Source: Ostrea edulis
Taxonomy: Eukaryota
Reading direction: 5' to 3'
DNA length: 64,000 bases
Assembly (NCBI RefSeq): GCF_947568905.1
Contig: NC_079167.1
Coordinates: 32,488,001-32,552,000 of the forward strand
Shown here: one piece after another, positions 39,877 through 52,200 of the stretch
Numbering within the stretch: position 1 is the stretch's first letter
How the letters are laid out: each line of letters begins with the position of its first letter
The notes under the pieces: model-generated
The model's input: only the letters and a program-made list of their open reading frames with translations
The model's database searches: none
Told to the model about the DNA's origin: nothing
Position numbers and translations under genes: made by a program

Positions 39877-41200
39877 GATGAATTTAGTCGCATTTTCTCT
39901 ATATCATAATTCACCAATGGAGTGGTGCAATGTCGGAAGTAGATCTACGTCAATCGACCAGGAGTTTAAATTCAAGTATGACAACTTGTTGGGTTTTTTT
40001 AAAACATTCAAATGGGGAAAAAAATCTTACAGACAATATCTTTCTGCATGTTTTCAGTTGATAGTTTTCAATATTTGTATTTGTATTGTTTTAAAATATG
40101 ACTAATCTTAAAGCGAACTGACAATCTCAGGATTCAGTTTATGGAAATCTATGTTTTTCAAGAACTGATATATTTTAAAATCAAAATCAAAATCATCCTA
40201 TTCCAGGTTTACATAATCACTCAATTCTATCCAACCTTCAGAAATATTTGGATCAAGTAGATTAAAACACGGTCCATTTACAGATATGAACAATAACTAC
40301 GTTACCTTTATCACAATTACAAGATGATCTTTTTCAATCATTGACAGTCATATTTATTGAATTGTTCATGTATCTGAAAAATTTCTATTCGGTATCTGTT
40401 GTTATCAATAAGCCCGTTGTTAGATTAATCACCACTAATACTACTTAGGTAGCAGGGGACAGTTTCGCACTATAGGCCCGGTCAACTTTTTAAAAAAAAT
40501 GGAAATACCTCCATATTTGAAGTGATATTACATGTGCGAAAATGTATACAATAATTTCAGGATACATGTCAAATGTAGCTGAGTGCTTAATAAAAATGTT
40601 GATATACAACATATAGGTGTCACCATGATTCCTAGCTTATAGATGGGTGGAAAAACGAAACTAAGACACGTGGTCAGTTGCTGAAGAAATTCCGGTGAAA
40701 ACGTGCATGGTCCAGCAAAAGGTCTGTAGCTAAGAGGGAAAGTGGATGGCCCCATATGAAAGGTAGATTTCTAAGAAAGACAGACAGGCTTCTTGATTGC
40801 GCACAGTGTCTAAATACTGTGACGGTTGGTGGGGAGGGGGGGGTGCGGTTTAGCCCAAATGAGAGAAAATCAAATCAAAAAAGGGGCACCAACTCAGGGC
40901 ATGTTTTGTGCACCAGCACTAGTATCTATAGATTACATGTAATTTAGGGTCATGATTTATTAACTACACCAATATGAAATACAAGTATTGATGTAAAAGG
41001 GAAATATGCTTTTTCATTAGTCTGTCATAATCTGACTTTGATGTATACTCCCTACCCACATGTTTCAGCACCAAAGGAACTGTTCCCCTGTCACTTTACT
41101 TACTAGGCAAAACATCATTCTATTTATGATCATTCATCATATAAATCTGTACAAAAATTCTGAAGAAACGTGGATGGTTTGAATAATTGGGTGATGTAAC

Positions 41201-41334
41201 AAAAGGATGAGTGTCGATTTGGCGAGTTGGATGCTCGATGTCATTTGACTGACGTCGCCTGACAATCGGGCTGATCCATATGCTTTCGGCTCATTGGAAG
41301 TGAATTCATCAAACCAACCCACCACGGCTCACCC
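41201..41334 (-). ncRNA. Putative Pol III small RNA, type C (copy 18)
   Basis: Same as copy 8. Confidence 0.8.
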
Positions 41335-42668
41335 GATGAATTTAGTCGCATTTTCTCTATATCATAATTCACCAATGGAGTGGTGCAATGTCGGAAGTAG
41401 ATCTACGTCAATCGACCAGGAGTTTAAATTCAAGTATGACAACTTGTTGGGTTTTTTTAAAACATTCAAATGGGGGAAAAAATCTTACAGACAATATCTT
41501 TCTGCATGTTTTCAGTTGATAGTTTTCAATATTTGTATTTGTATTGTTTTAAAATATGACTAATCTTAAAGCGAACTGACAATCTCAGGATTCAGTTTAT
41601 GGAAATCTATGTTTTTCAAGAACTGATATATTTTAAAATCAAAATCAAAATCATCCTATTCCAGGTTTACATAATCACTCAATTCTATCCAACCTTCAGA
41701 AATATTTGGATCAAGTAGATTAAAACACGGTCCATTTACAGATATGAACAATAACTACGTTACCTTTATCACAATTACAAGATGATCTTTTTCAATCATT
41801 GACAGTCATATTTATTGAATTGTTCATGTATCTGAAAAATTTCTATTCGGTATCTGTTGTTATCAATAAGCCCGTTGTTAGATTAATCACCACTAATACT
41901 ACTTAGGTAGCAGGGGACAGTTTCGCACTATAGGCCCGGTCAACTTTTTAAAAAAAATGGAAATACCTCCATATTTGAAGTGATATTACATGTGCGAAAA
42001 TGTATACAATAATTTCAGGATACATGTCAAATGTAGCTGAGTGCTTAATAAAAATGTTGATATACAACATATAGGTGTCACCATGATTCCTAGCTTATAG
42101 ATGGGTGGAAAAACGAAACTAAGACACGTGGTCAGTTGCTGAAGAAATTCCGGTGAAAACGTGCATGGTCCAGCAAAAGGTCTGTAGCTAAGAGGGAAAG
42201 TGGATGGCCCCATATGAAAGGTAGATTTCTAAGAAAGACAGACAGGGTTCTTGATTGCGCACAGTGTCTAAATACTGTGACGGTTGGTGGGGTGGGGGGG
42301 GGGGGTGGGGGTGCGGATTAGCCCAAATGAGAGAAAATCAAATCAAAAAAGGGGCACCAACTCAGGGCATGTTTTGTGCACCAGCACTAGTATCTATAGA
42401 TTACATGTAATTTAGGGTCATGATTTATTAACTACACCAATATGAAATACAAGTATTGATGTAAAAGGGAAATATGCTTTTTCATTAGTCTGTCATAATC
42501 TGACTTTGATGTATACTCCCTACCCACATGTTTCAGCACCAAAGGAACTGTTCCCCTGTCACTTTACTTACTAGGCAAAACATCATTCTATTTATGATCA
42601 TTCATCATATAAATCTGTACAAAAATTCTGAAGAAACGTGGATGGTTTGAATAATTGGGTGATGTAAC

Positions 42669-42802
42669 AAAAGGATGAGTGTCGATTTGGCGAGTTGGAT
42701 GCTCGATGTCATTTGACTGACGTCGCCTGACAATCGGGCTGATCCATATGCTTTCGGCTCATTGGAAGTGAATTCATCAAACCAACCCACCACGGCTCAC
42801 CC
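42669..42802 (-). ncRNA. Putative Pol III small RNA, type C (copy 19)
   Basis: Same as copy 8. Confidence 0.8.
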
Positions 42803-44117
42803 GATGAATTTAGTCGCATTTTCTCTATATCATAATTCACCAATGGAGTGGTGCAATGTCGGAAGTAGATCTACGTCAATCGACCAGGAGTTTAAATTCA
42901 AGTATGACAACTTGTTGGGTTTTTTTAAAACATTCAAATGGGGGAAAAAATCTTACAGACAATATCTTTCTGCATGTTTTCAGTTGATAGTTTTCAATAT
43001 TTGTATTTTTTTAAAATATGACTAATCTTAAAGCGAACTGACAATCTCAGGATTCAGTTTATGGAAATCTATGTTTTTCAAGAACTCGTATATTTTAAAA
43101 TCAAAATCAAAATCATCCTATTCCAGGTTTACATAATCACTCAATTCTATCCAACCTTCAGAAATATTTGGATCAAGTAGATTAAAACACGGTCCATTTA
43201 CAGATATGAACAATAACTACGTTACCTTTATCACAATTACAAGATGATCTTTTTCAATCATTGACAGTCATATTTATTGAATTGTTCATGTATCTGAAAA
43301 ATTTCTATTCGGTATATGTTGTTATCAACAAGCCCGTTGTTAGATTAATCACCACTAATACTACTTAGGTAGCAGGGGACAGTTTCGCACTATAGGCCCG
43401 GTCAACTTTTAAAAAAAATGGAAATATCTCCATATTTGAAGTGATATTACATGTGCGAAAATGTATACAATAATTTCAGGATACATGTCAAATGTAGCTG
43501 AGTGCTTAATAAAAATGTTGATATACAACATATAGGTGTCACCATGATTCCTAGCTTATAGATGGGTGGAAAAACGAAACTAAGACACGTGGTCAGTTGC
43601 TGAAGAAATTCCGGTGAAAACGTGCATGGTCCAGCAAAAGGTCTGTAGCTAAGAGGGAAAGTGGATGGCCCCATATGAAAGGTAGATTTCTAAGAAAGAC
43701 AGACAGGCTTCTTGATTGTGCACAGTGTCTAAATACTGTGACGGTTGGTGGGGAGGGGGGTGCGGATTAGCCCAAATGAGAGAAAATCAAATCAAAAAAG
43801 GGGCACCTGCTCAGGGCATGTTTTGTGCACCAGCAACAGTATGTATTGATTACATGTAATTTAGGGTCATGATTTATTAACTACACCAATATGAAATACA
43901 AGTATTGATGTAAAAGGGAAATAAGCTTTTTCATTAGTCTGTCATAATCTGACTTTGATGTATACTCCCTACCCACATGTTTCAGCACCAAAGGAACTGT
44001 CCCCCTGTCACCTTACTTACTAGGCAAAACATCATTCTATTTATGATCATTCATCATATAAATCTGTACAAAAATTCTGAAGAAACGTGGATGGTTTGAA
44101 TAATTGGGTGATGTAAC

Positions 44118-44251
44118 AAAAGGATGAGTGTCGATTTGGCGAGTTGGATGCTCGATGTCATTTGACTGACGTCGCCTGACAATCGGGCGGATCCAGATGC
44201 TTTCGGCTCATTGGAAGTGAGTTGATCAAACCAACCCACCACGGCTCACCC
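44118..44251 (-). ncRNA. Putative Pol III small RNA, chimeric B-like/C (copy 20)
   Basis: The 3' half is type C (CUCGCC, CGACAC). The 5' half and promoter are B-like (UGAUCAACUCA, CAUCUGGAUCCG). Confidence 0.78.
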
Positions 44252-44822
44252 AATGAATGAAGTCACATTTTCTGTACAGTACAATTCACCGCTGGAGTGG
44301 TGCAATACCGGTAGTAGATATACGGCAAAAGGCGGGAGATTAAATGTAAATGCGATGATTTTTTTTTTTCTCAAGAGAAAGAGGTTTGATAGACATGAGT
44401 ATCCTCTGATATATTTCAGAATAAAATTCTCAATCCCTCCATGAAAACGTGTGAATTGAAGTAATCTCAATGCCAAATTATTACTTTAAAAGTTGAAGTT
44501 GTGGATATTTTGAAATCATATAGTCACCCTCGTCAAGATTTATAAAACAATTCGAATTGATACATCATGTTTGCAATTATTTAAAATTATTTCGATCAAT
44601 TACAATGACACACGGCCCCACATACGGGTGTGAATTTTGAATGTTGATGTAATTAGAATTTTTCGTGTGGTATCGTCTGTTATCAATGACTAATTAATGA
44701 GATGGCATTTGATAGTACGTCATTACGACTGAAAAAAATCCGATTGAGGCGTTTGTTGATATATTAATCATTGCACAAATTCTGAAGATACGTGGATTAT
44801 TTGAATAATTCCTTGATTTAAC

Positions 44823-44956
44823 AAAAGGATGAGTATCGATTTGGTGAGTTGGATGCTCGATGTCATTTGACTGACGTCGCCTGACAATCGGGCTGATCCA
44901 TATGCTTTCGGCTCATTGGAAGTGAATTCATCAAACCAACCCACCACGGCTCACCC
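44823..44956 (-). ncRNA. Putative Pol III small RNA, chimeric C/(A or B) (copy 21)
   Basis: The 5' half and promoter are type C. The 3' end has CUCACC/CGAUAC as in types A and B. Confidence 0.78.
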
Positions 44957-46004
44957 GATGAATTTAGTCGCATTTTCTCTATATCATAATTCACCAATGG
45001 AGTGGTGCAATGTCGGAAGTAGATCTACGTCAATCGACCAGGAGTTTAAATTCAAGTATGACAACTTGTTGGGTTTTTTTAAAACATTCAAATGGGGGAA
45101 AAAATCTTACAGACAATATCTTTCTGCATGTTTTCAGTTGATAGTTTTCAATATTTGTATTTTTTTAAAATATGACTAATCTTAAAGCGAACTGACAATC
45201 TCAGGATTCAGTTTATGGAAATCTATGTTTTTCAAGAACTCGTATATTTTAAAATCAAAATCAAAATCATCCTATTCCAGGTTTACATAATCACTCAATT
45301 CTATCCAACCTTCAGAAATATTTGGATCAAGTAGATTAAAACACGGTCCATTTACAGATATGAACAATAACTACGTTACCTTTATCACAATTACAAGATG
45401 ATCTTTTTCAATCATTGACAGTCATATTTATTGAATTGTTCATGTATCTGAAAAATTTCTATTCGGTATATGTTGTTATCAACAAGCCCGTTGTTAGATT
45501 AATCACCACTAATACTACGTAGGTAGCAGGGGACAGTTTCGCACTATAGGCCCGGTCAACTTTTAAACAAAATGGAAATACTCCCATATTTGAAGTGATA
45601 TTACATGTGCGAAAATGTATACAATAATTTTAGGATACATGTCAAATGTAGCTGAGTGCTTAATAAAAATGTTGATATACAACATATAGGTGTCACCATG
45701 ATTCCTAGCTTATAGATGGGTGGAAAAACGAAACTAAGACACGTGGTCAGTTGCTGAAGAAATTCCGGTGAAAACGTGCATGGTCCAGCAAAAGGTCTGT
45801 AGCTAAGAGGGAAAGTGGATGGCCCCATATGAAAGGTAGATTTCTAAGAAAGACAGACAGGCTTCTTGATTGCGCACAGTGTCTAAATACTGTGACGGTT
45901 GGTGGGGGGGGGGGGTGGGTTGCGGTTTAGCCCAAGTGAGAGAAAATCAAATCAAAAAAGGGGCACCAGCTCAGGGCATGTTTTGTGCACCAGCACCAGT
46001 ATGT

Positions 46005-46018
46005 ACCACGGCTCACCC
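46005..46018 (-). pseudogene. 14-nt 5' stub of the small-RNA gene with intact upstream block
   Basis: ACCACGGCTCACCC is fused to truncated MITE sequence. The B-like promoter and spacer continue to ~46400. Confidence 0.7.
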
Positions 46019-47112
46019 GATGAATGAAGTCGCATTTTTTGTATATTACAATTCACCGCTGGAGTGGTGCAATACCGGTAGTAGATGTACGGCAAAAGGT
46101 GGGAGATTAAATGTAAATGCGATATTTTTTTTTTCTCAAGAGAAAGAGGTTTGATAGACATGAGTATCCTCTGATATATTTCAGAATAAAATTCTCAATC
46201 CCTCCATGAAAACGTGTGAATTGAAGTAATCTCAATGCCAAATTATTACTTTAATGCTTGAAGTTGTGGATATCTATGCATATGATGAATTCGTATATTT
46301 TGAAATCATATAGTCACCCTGGTCAAGATCTATAAAACAATTCGAATTGATTCATCATGTTTGCAATTATTTAAAATTATTTCGATCAATTAGAATGGAT
46401 CAATTTGGACTTAAAGATTGTTCCCGAGAAGAATGAGAATGAAATTATTCTGTTCGCCGGTTTTGATATTATCCATAAATCATCGATCGCAATCCAGGAC
46501 CATCGAGATTCGGCAGTACACTATAAAAATGTATAATTTGGAATCATTAAAACTGTGAAAAAGAAGAAATACTTCTAGTTAAATATAAAGATTTATTCTA
46601 AATCGGTTTTTAAGTGTTTTTTTTAAAAAAAAGTATCTTTATAAAATCATGCATTTAATGAAAACTGTCCGTTTTAGGTTTTTGTATTTACAACACAGTA
46701 CTAGATTTACCGCTAAATTGAGAAGGCGACATTTCAAGTTTAAGAATTTATGCTGATAATTTTTGACTGTTTTTTTTTTTAATTGTGTGAATCAATTTGG
46801 ACATAAAGATTGTTCCCGAGAAGTATGAAGTTATTCTGTTCGCCGGTTTTAATATTATCTATAAAACGTCGCAATCCGGGACCATCGGGGGTCGGCAGAC
46901 CGAGATTTACCGCCCGTCGATTGTTAGTCCGTTCTTACACTATAATTTTGACTACGGATTACTCTGCTTACCAAATTAAGATATAGGGCTCACGGCGTGT
47001 GTAACCGATCGACAGGGATGCTTACTCCTCCTAGGCACCTGATCTCACCTCTCGTATATCCAGGGACCCGTGTTTGCCCAACTCTCTATTTTGTATTGCT
47101 CATAGGAGTTAA

Positions 47113-47470
47113 GGTAGTACTCTACATCGTCATAATGGCTGACTTCCTTTAAAAACATGGATAAAAAAATCGATATCAACAATATTTGACTTTTCCTTTT
47201 TCATTTAAATACCTAGCCGAGTAGCTCAGTAGGTTAGAATACCGACTGATTAAATAAAAGAGAAAAAAAAAAAAAAGAATACCGACTGATGAACTGTAGG
47301 TCGCAGGTTCGAGTCCAGTAGGGGTTTTAAATTTTTTTCAGATTACCTTCTACTAAAACTGTATTTTTTGACAAAATAAAGTAAATTTGAAAATTTTCAA
47401 CTTCAAAATATTGTTGTACATATCCTCCACTTTTCATCTACATCAAATTTCTCTAGTGTAGCATACCTCC
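47113..47470. mobile_element. 358-bp Kolobok-like MITE with TTAA TSD, carrying a tRNA-like segment
   Basis: TTAA at 47109-47112 and 47471-47474. Ends GGTAGTACTCTACA and TGTAGCATACCTCC match at 10 of 14 inverted positions. Confidence 0.7.
47212..47324 (+). pseudogene. tRNA-derived pseudogene, interrupted
   Basis: A box TAGCTCAGTAGGTTAGA and B box GGTTCGAGTCC are present. The D and anticodon arms pair poorly and there is a 25-nt insert with a TSD. Confidence 0.65.
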
Positions 47471-49281
47471 TTAAGAGATTGATCGCGTTTCTTTATCTTC
47501 ACCTTTCATTAGCTATAACCTTAATAGTCACATCTTTGTCACAAAGTCATAACCAATAAACAGGTTGACACATGGATCCACTGGTCAAATTTAGAATGCA
47601 TTTTCAAATTTGCGAGAGTAGAAATATATTTCTACATGTACATGTATATAAAATGACTTGAAAAATTAGGGTCTTTTTAGCTTTTCCCCCAACATTTTGA
47701 ATGCTAGGAAAACTAAAACAAATTAGGATTTTTAAAGGAATTCTAGGGCCGCTGGACAGCTTGGTATATCTATAGTAGTGGGCCGGTGATGAGTGGTCGT
47801 TCTGGTTACGGCTTGCTTTTCGGTGTGACCTTGTGGAAATGAAACATTCTCAATCAACATTGATCTCGGTAAAATTGTGCTGCGAGTGATAAAATTTCAT
47901 GATTATATTTAACTGTTTACATTTCATCTTTACATCGACTATCCAGTTAATCGTAATACTTGTTTTGAATTACATTAATCACAAGACTATCCGGATGTTT
48001 TCTACATTATGCAGGACACGCATGAAACATCAGTCAACGAATATCATGAGCCGGAATGATTAATTGCTTACAAGTATTTGCAGTCCATATGTACTTGCAT
48101 GCAACATGCAAATACAAGCTTTTCCTGAAGATTTTCGTCCAAATCATTCAAAACTTTCATGTCACTTTTAATAAATTACAACGTCTTGTGCAATTGATAA
48201 ATTGTTAACACAGATGTGACGTGAACCGTAACCCACCTTAATGGCATGCAGAAGAATATTCAACAACACTTTACATACAACTCGTACTTTGTCATTCCAT
48301 GGTTTACTGAGCGAACGAACAGAACTGGATATATATAATATCAAACAGTCAAGTTCTGAAATACTTACGAATTCATGTCAACTTGGATTTTATATTAAAT
48401 TAAAGGTTTACATTTAAAATCATTACCGCCATGTCACAAAACATTGATCTTTGTATTCCCCCCACCCCCTTTAAAAATTCTAATTTTCCATACAAATTGA
48501 CACTGGTGTATTGCAATGAACATGTATTTAATCCTACAATGTATAAATATATATGTGGAGGGGGGGGGGGGGTATTAAGGGGGACGTATCACCCCACTCT
48601 TCTTTTCCCTGCTCCAATAAAACAAATATACGTTCCTAAACCCCCAATAAAATTTAGACCATTGTTTCCTCCACTTCGTTCAACAACTTCTCCTACAAAC
48701 TGCTATCCTGTGCGTTTCCACCAAATAATCACAATTTTTGCAAGATCCTGATATTTCACAGATTCCTCCAGTAGAGGAAATTGAAAATATATTCTTTAAA
48801 GCAAGAGAGACTCGGCTTCAAGTTTTCTACCATTTTATAGTAACCATTGCCCTTTGTGCACTCTCTCCTCTTGATGTACCCAATGCACTAGCAAATACCA
48901 AAACACATCTGTATCATTTTCTTCCTCAAATCAATGCAAAACAACACATTCTCATTCCTTAATCATGAAGTTCCGTTTTGACTCAAATTGGTTGGGTGGG
49001 GAAAAATCAAAAAGATTCAAAATTTACTCATGTTTTATTATGTATTCCATAGGAATAAACATGAAGAATGGATAAAAATGAAACACCACACCATCTCACA
49101 TTGATAACTACATTCAGACACTTTCATACCAATGCATTCATGTAAAATCCAAGTGGAACATATTAACTAATATTGTGTCCATAGTCACAATGTAGTACCA
49201 TCATAGTATAAAATTATGTGTATTCAAATACCATTTTACGTATAAAGATACACTATTAACTGTTCACATAAAATTTCTTCT

Positions 49282-52200
49282 CTAAGTCAGGCCTACTTTT
49301 CTTGATAACTGCAAAATAAAATAACACAAGTCATTACTAATGCGTACCAGGTGTTAAAACATTCAAAACAGCATTTATAATCCGTACAATCATCCGTATT
49401 AAACACTTACCGTTTCATACACAGTCCAAGAAAGGGCTGCGGTCGAAGTTCTTCGAAGGGTCCTTGGAACGATGCCCTTAAAAAAGCCTTGGTATCCATT
49501 TGTCTGAAAATAAGAATTCCTTTCAATCAGTACACTAGGTTGTTTTGTTGTAGAAAATTGGGCCACACGCTAACTCTAATATATGTATGACAAACTTTAA
49601 TGAAAAGACTTGAGGGCGGGGGGGGGGGGGGGGGGGGGGGGGCCGTACCTTGTAGATGTATCTGATGGTCGACATAATTCTCTTGTGGTTCTTCGAGTCC
49701 ATCTGCATGTATGTTTTGACAACATCTGCTGGTTGAGTGATGACCGCCGCAATACTTCCAGCAGTTAAACCGCACACAACGTACAGCTGATGAACAAGGG
49801 TTTGATCAAACACCCCTGAAAGGGAAAACGTATCAAGGCTAAGCTTTCTCCGTAAACTGCAAGTATGGGTATTCAATACTATCTAAAAGTCTTAACTACA
49901 TGCTTTCTTCTTCATCTTCAGTGTCACAACACATACACGGCAACAAGTTGACGCCTCCACAACACTACTACAACAGTCCCGCAGTCGTTTATTCGAACTG
50001 CAGTCGACTGTTGGTATGTAGCGTCATGAAGATTTCATGAAAACATTAAATCAACATTACCTCAAGCAAACCCACATCTTTTGAGGTACTCATACATCTA
50101 CAAAAAGAAGGTCAGTTAGTCACAGGTTAAAGCAGTCAGAACACCAAGTCTGACTAAAAAGCATGGACAGCTTGATAACTTTCGGGAGCACTTCCAAAGT
50201 GCTGTCATTTTTATCTAAATGTGAAAACCCAAAAAAGTATTAATGTCACAAAATACATCTAATGATATCAGCTACATTGGTACATGTCTACTGTCTAAAT
50301 ATATTGCCAAAATATCAAAACATATCACAAGCAAGATTTCGTAATTCCTGTGAGAAACAACAAAACTATTTCCATCAATTTGAAAATTAGCAATTTGAAA
50401 GTTCCAAAAAGATATCAAAGCAAATCCAAACTGTTATATAATATCAGGAGCACATTAACATACGTATGTTTAACATTGTTTACAGGTACTGATTATGTAA
50501 AATATATTTTATTGAAAGATTCAAATTGTAAACTTACTTTCGTTGACCATCTTCTTCAACTTGGTGTAAAACATGAGGTAAATTCCTGAAAATGGTACAT
50601 CTCTGACAAGTGTTGGTGCCATTCCACTGCAAAGAGCTAAAACAAAAAATAGGGGGGCATCAATACCATTCACATCAAACTTCTGTTTTGCAAAAAAAAA
50701 AAAGAAATACAGGGAGAAATGGTTTTACCTCTCAGGCCCTCGGTGTGGTACATGTGGAAAAGTCCCCTTGGAATACTTTTATAGTCAAATAAACCACTCT
50801 GAAATACAATCGAGATACTCTTATAACAAATTCCTAACTAATAAAGTGGAAAGTGCACAATAAGGTCTGCTAGATTTACCCAACTGACAAGTTCGAATAC
50901 TGACCTCATAACGCGTTTTCAACACTGTGATGGGAATAAGGGTTACAACTGCAATGGTTCGAGCAACTGCCCCAATTAAGACGGATTCAATTGCACGTTG
51001 TTGGCTTGATCTGTAATAATGAAGAATTTCACAGTGTACGCAAGAATTTTTATGACATGTCAAACAGGAATTATGCTGTATAGAGAGGCCCTCATGGATT
51101 ATTGCCTCTGCCCAGTGAGATGGACAGTCCAAAGTGACCGAGGATTGGTCACATTTAAAGCAAGATGCAAGACTTTGTAATTAAATATTAAGCTACACTG
51201 CACAAAACAAATGACTATACTCTACACAATGCAAATGAACCGAGTACACTTACTGGAATTTAGATTTCAGCACATGAATGGATGAGAAATATATTCCTAC
51301 TCCTGGGACACATCGGGACAGAGACTGAAAATGGAAATAAAGTTATGATGAAAATTACCTGAAGCAAATTCAAAGACTTGTCATCTGTTGCATCAGATTC
51401 TGTTCTCTCTTTAAGTGGGACATCAGTTCATTTTCATAGTAATGAAAAATAATTTATCTGAAGGAAAATACATTTACATGCCAAACATGCAACTTTGAGT
51501 TGAAGTAACATCACTCTTAACCTTATTCTGTCACAGATGAGATTTAATATCCTTAGATAGTACATTCAACTTTAAAAATCGTGATACCAACCGGTACAAG
51601 TCCCCTCCAGAGTGCCAACACGCTGTCCTGTCTGACTACAGCATTCGCTACAGACACCATACTTATCCTGCCACTGAAACCATAACAGAAAGATAGTTTA
51701 CATGTTGTTTTTTCCTTTATTTATTTGACGACTTGCCAATAATGTGTTTGTTTATGTAACAAAGTTTGTTCTTGAGCCAATAAAAAGCTTTCTATAATAT
51801 TTTTTCCAAAATCTGAAAATATACAAGCAAGAAGCACAGGGCGAGTTTATATGCTATCAGTAAATAAATTCTTGTCTTAAATATTGAATGATTCTCACCC
51901 TGTGGTTGCACAGGCCAGTGGTACCTGGATTTGGAGTCTGGTCTTAACCAAATCCAGTGGCTGGAACAAAAGGGTGGAGCACGTTCCACTGCAACACCCG
52001 GCAACAAAGGACTTTGCAACTGGTGACTGCAAAAATAAACGAATCACATGGTGATGCACGTGTACCTTATGGAACTGTTCAAGGTTATCTACCTGACTAC
52101 GTACATATTAGTCCCCAGGGCCGTAACTGCCGATGAGGCAGACGAGGCAACTGCCTCGTCTGATTTTTTGGCAAAAAAGAAAATAAAATTATATAAATGT

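Larger units (their letters stand above)
25115..44121. repeat. Homogeneous tandem array of 13 x ~1463-bp units (small-RNA gene + spacer + TIR element)
   Basis: Period from repeated ORF starts: 1464, then 1463 for most units, then 1458, 1468 and 1449 at the right end. A partial 14th unit lies at 44827-46004. Confidence 0.97.
46890..47515 (+). repeat. Second copy of the dispersed retroelement-3'-like repeat, interrupted at a TTAA site
   Basis: GACTACGGATTACTC...ACAGGGATGCTTACTCCTCCTAGGCACCTGATC...ATAGGAGTTAA | GAGATTGATC...TTATCTTCACC. Homologous to 246-340 + 1306-1490. Confidence 0.65.

Noticed and set aside
25115-44121. CRISPR array or prokaryotic system
   Set aside because: The context is eukaryotic spliced genes, and the units are 1.46-kb near-identical repeats with no unique spacers or cas genes.
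22100-46161. Repeated 62-97 aa ORFs (MVGWFD..., MEVNSS..., MGPSTF..., MKGRFL...)
   Set aside because: They overlap on both strands, several use non-ATG starts, and they frameshift or change length between unit types. They resemble no known domain. Conservation follows the RNA fold and promoter rather than codons.
47785-47870. C/D snoRNA candidate (GTGATGA box C)
   Set aside because: There is no box D (CTGA) at a suitable distance, no terminal stem and no intronic host.
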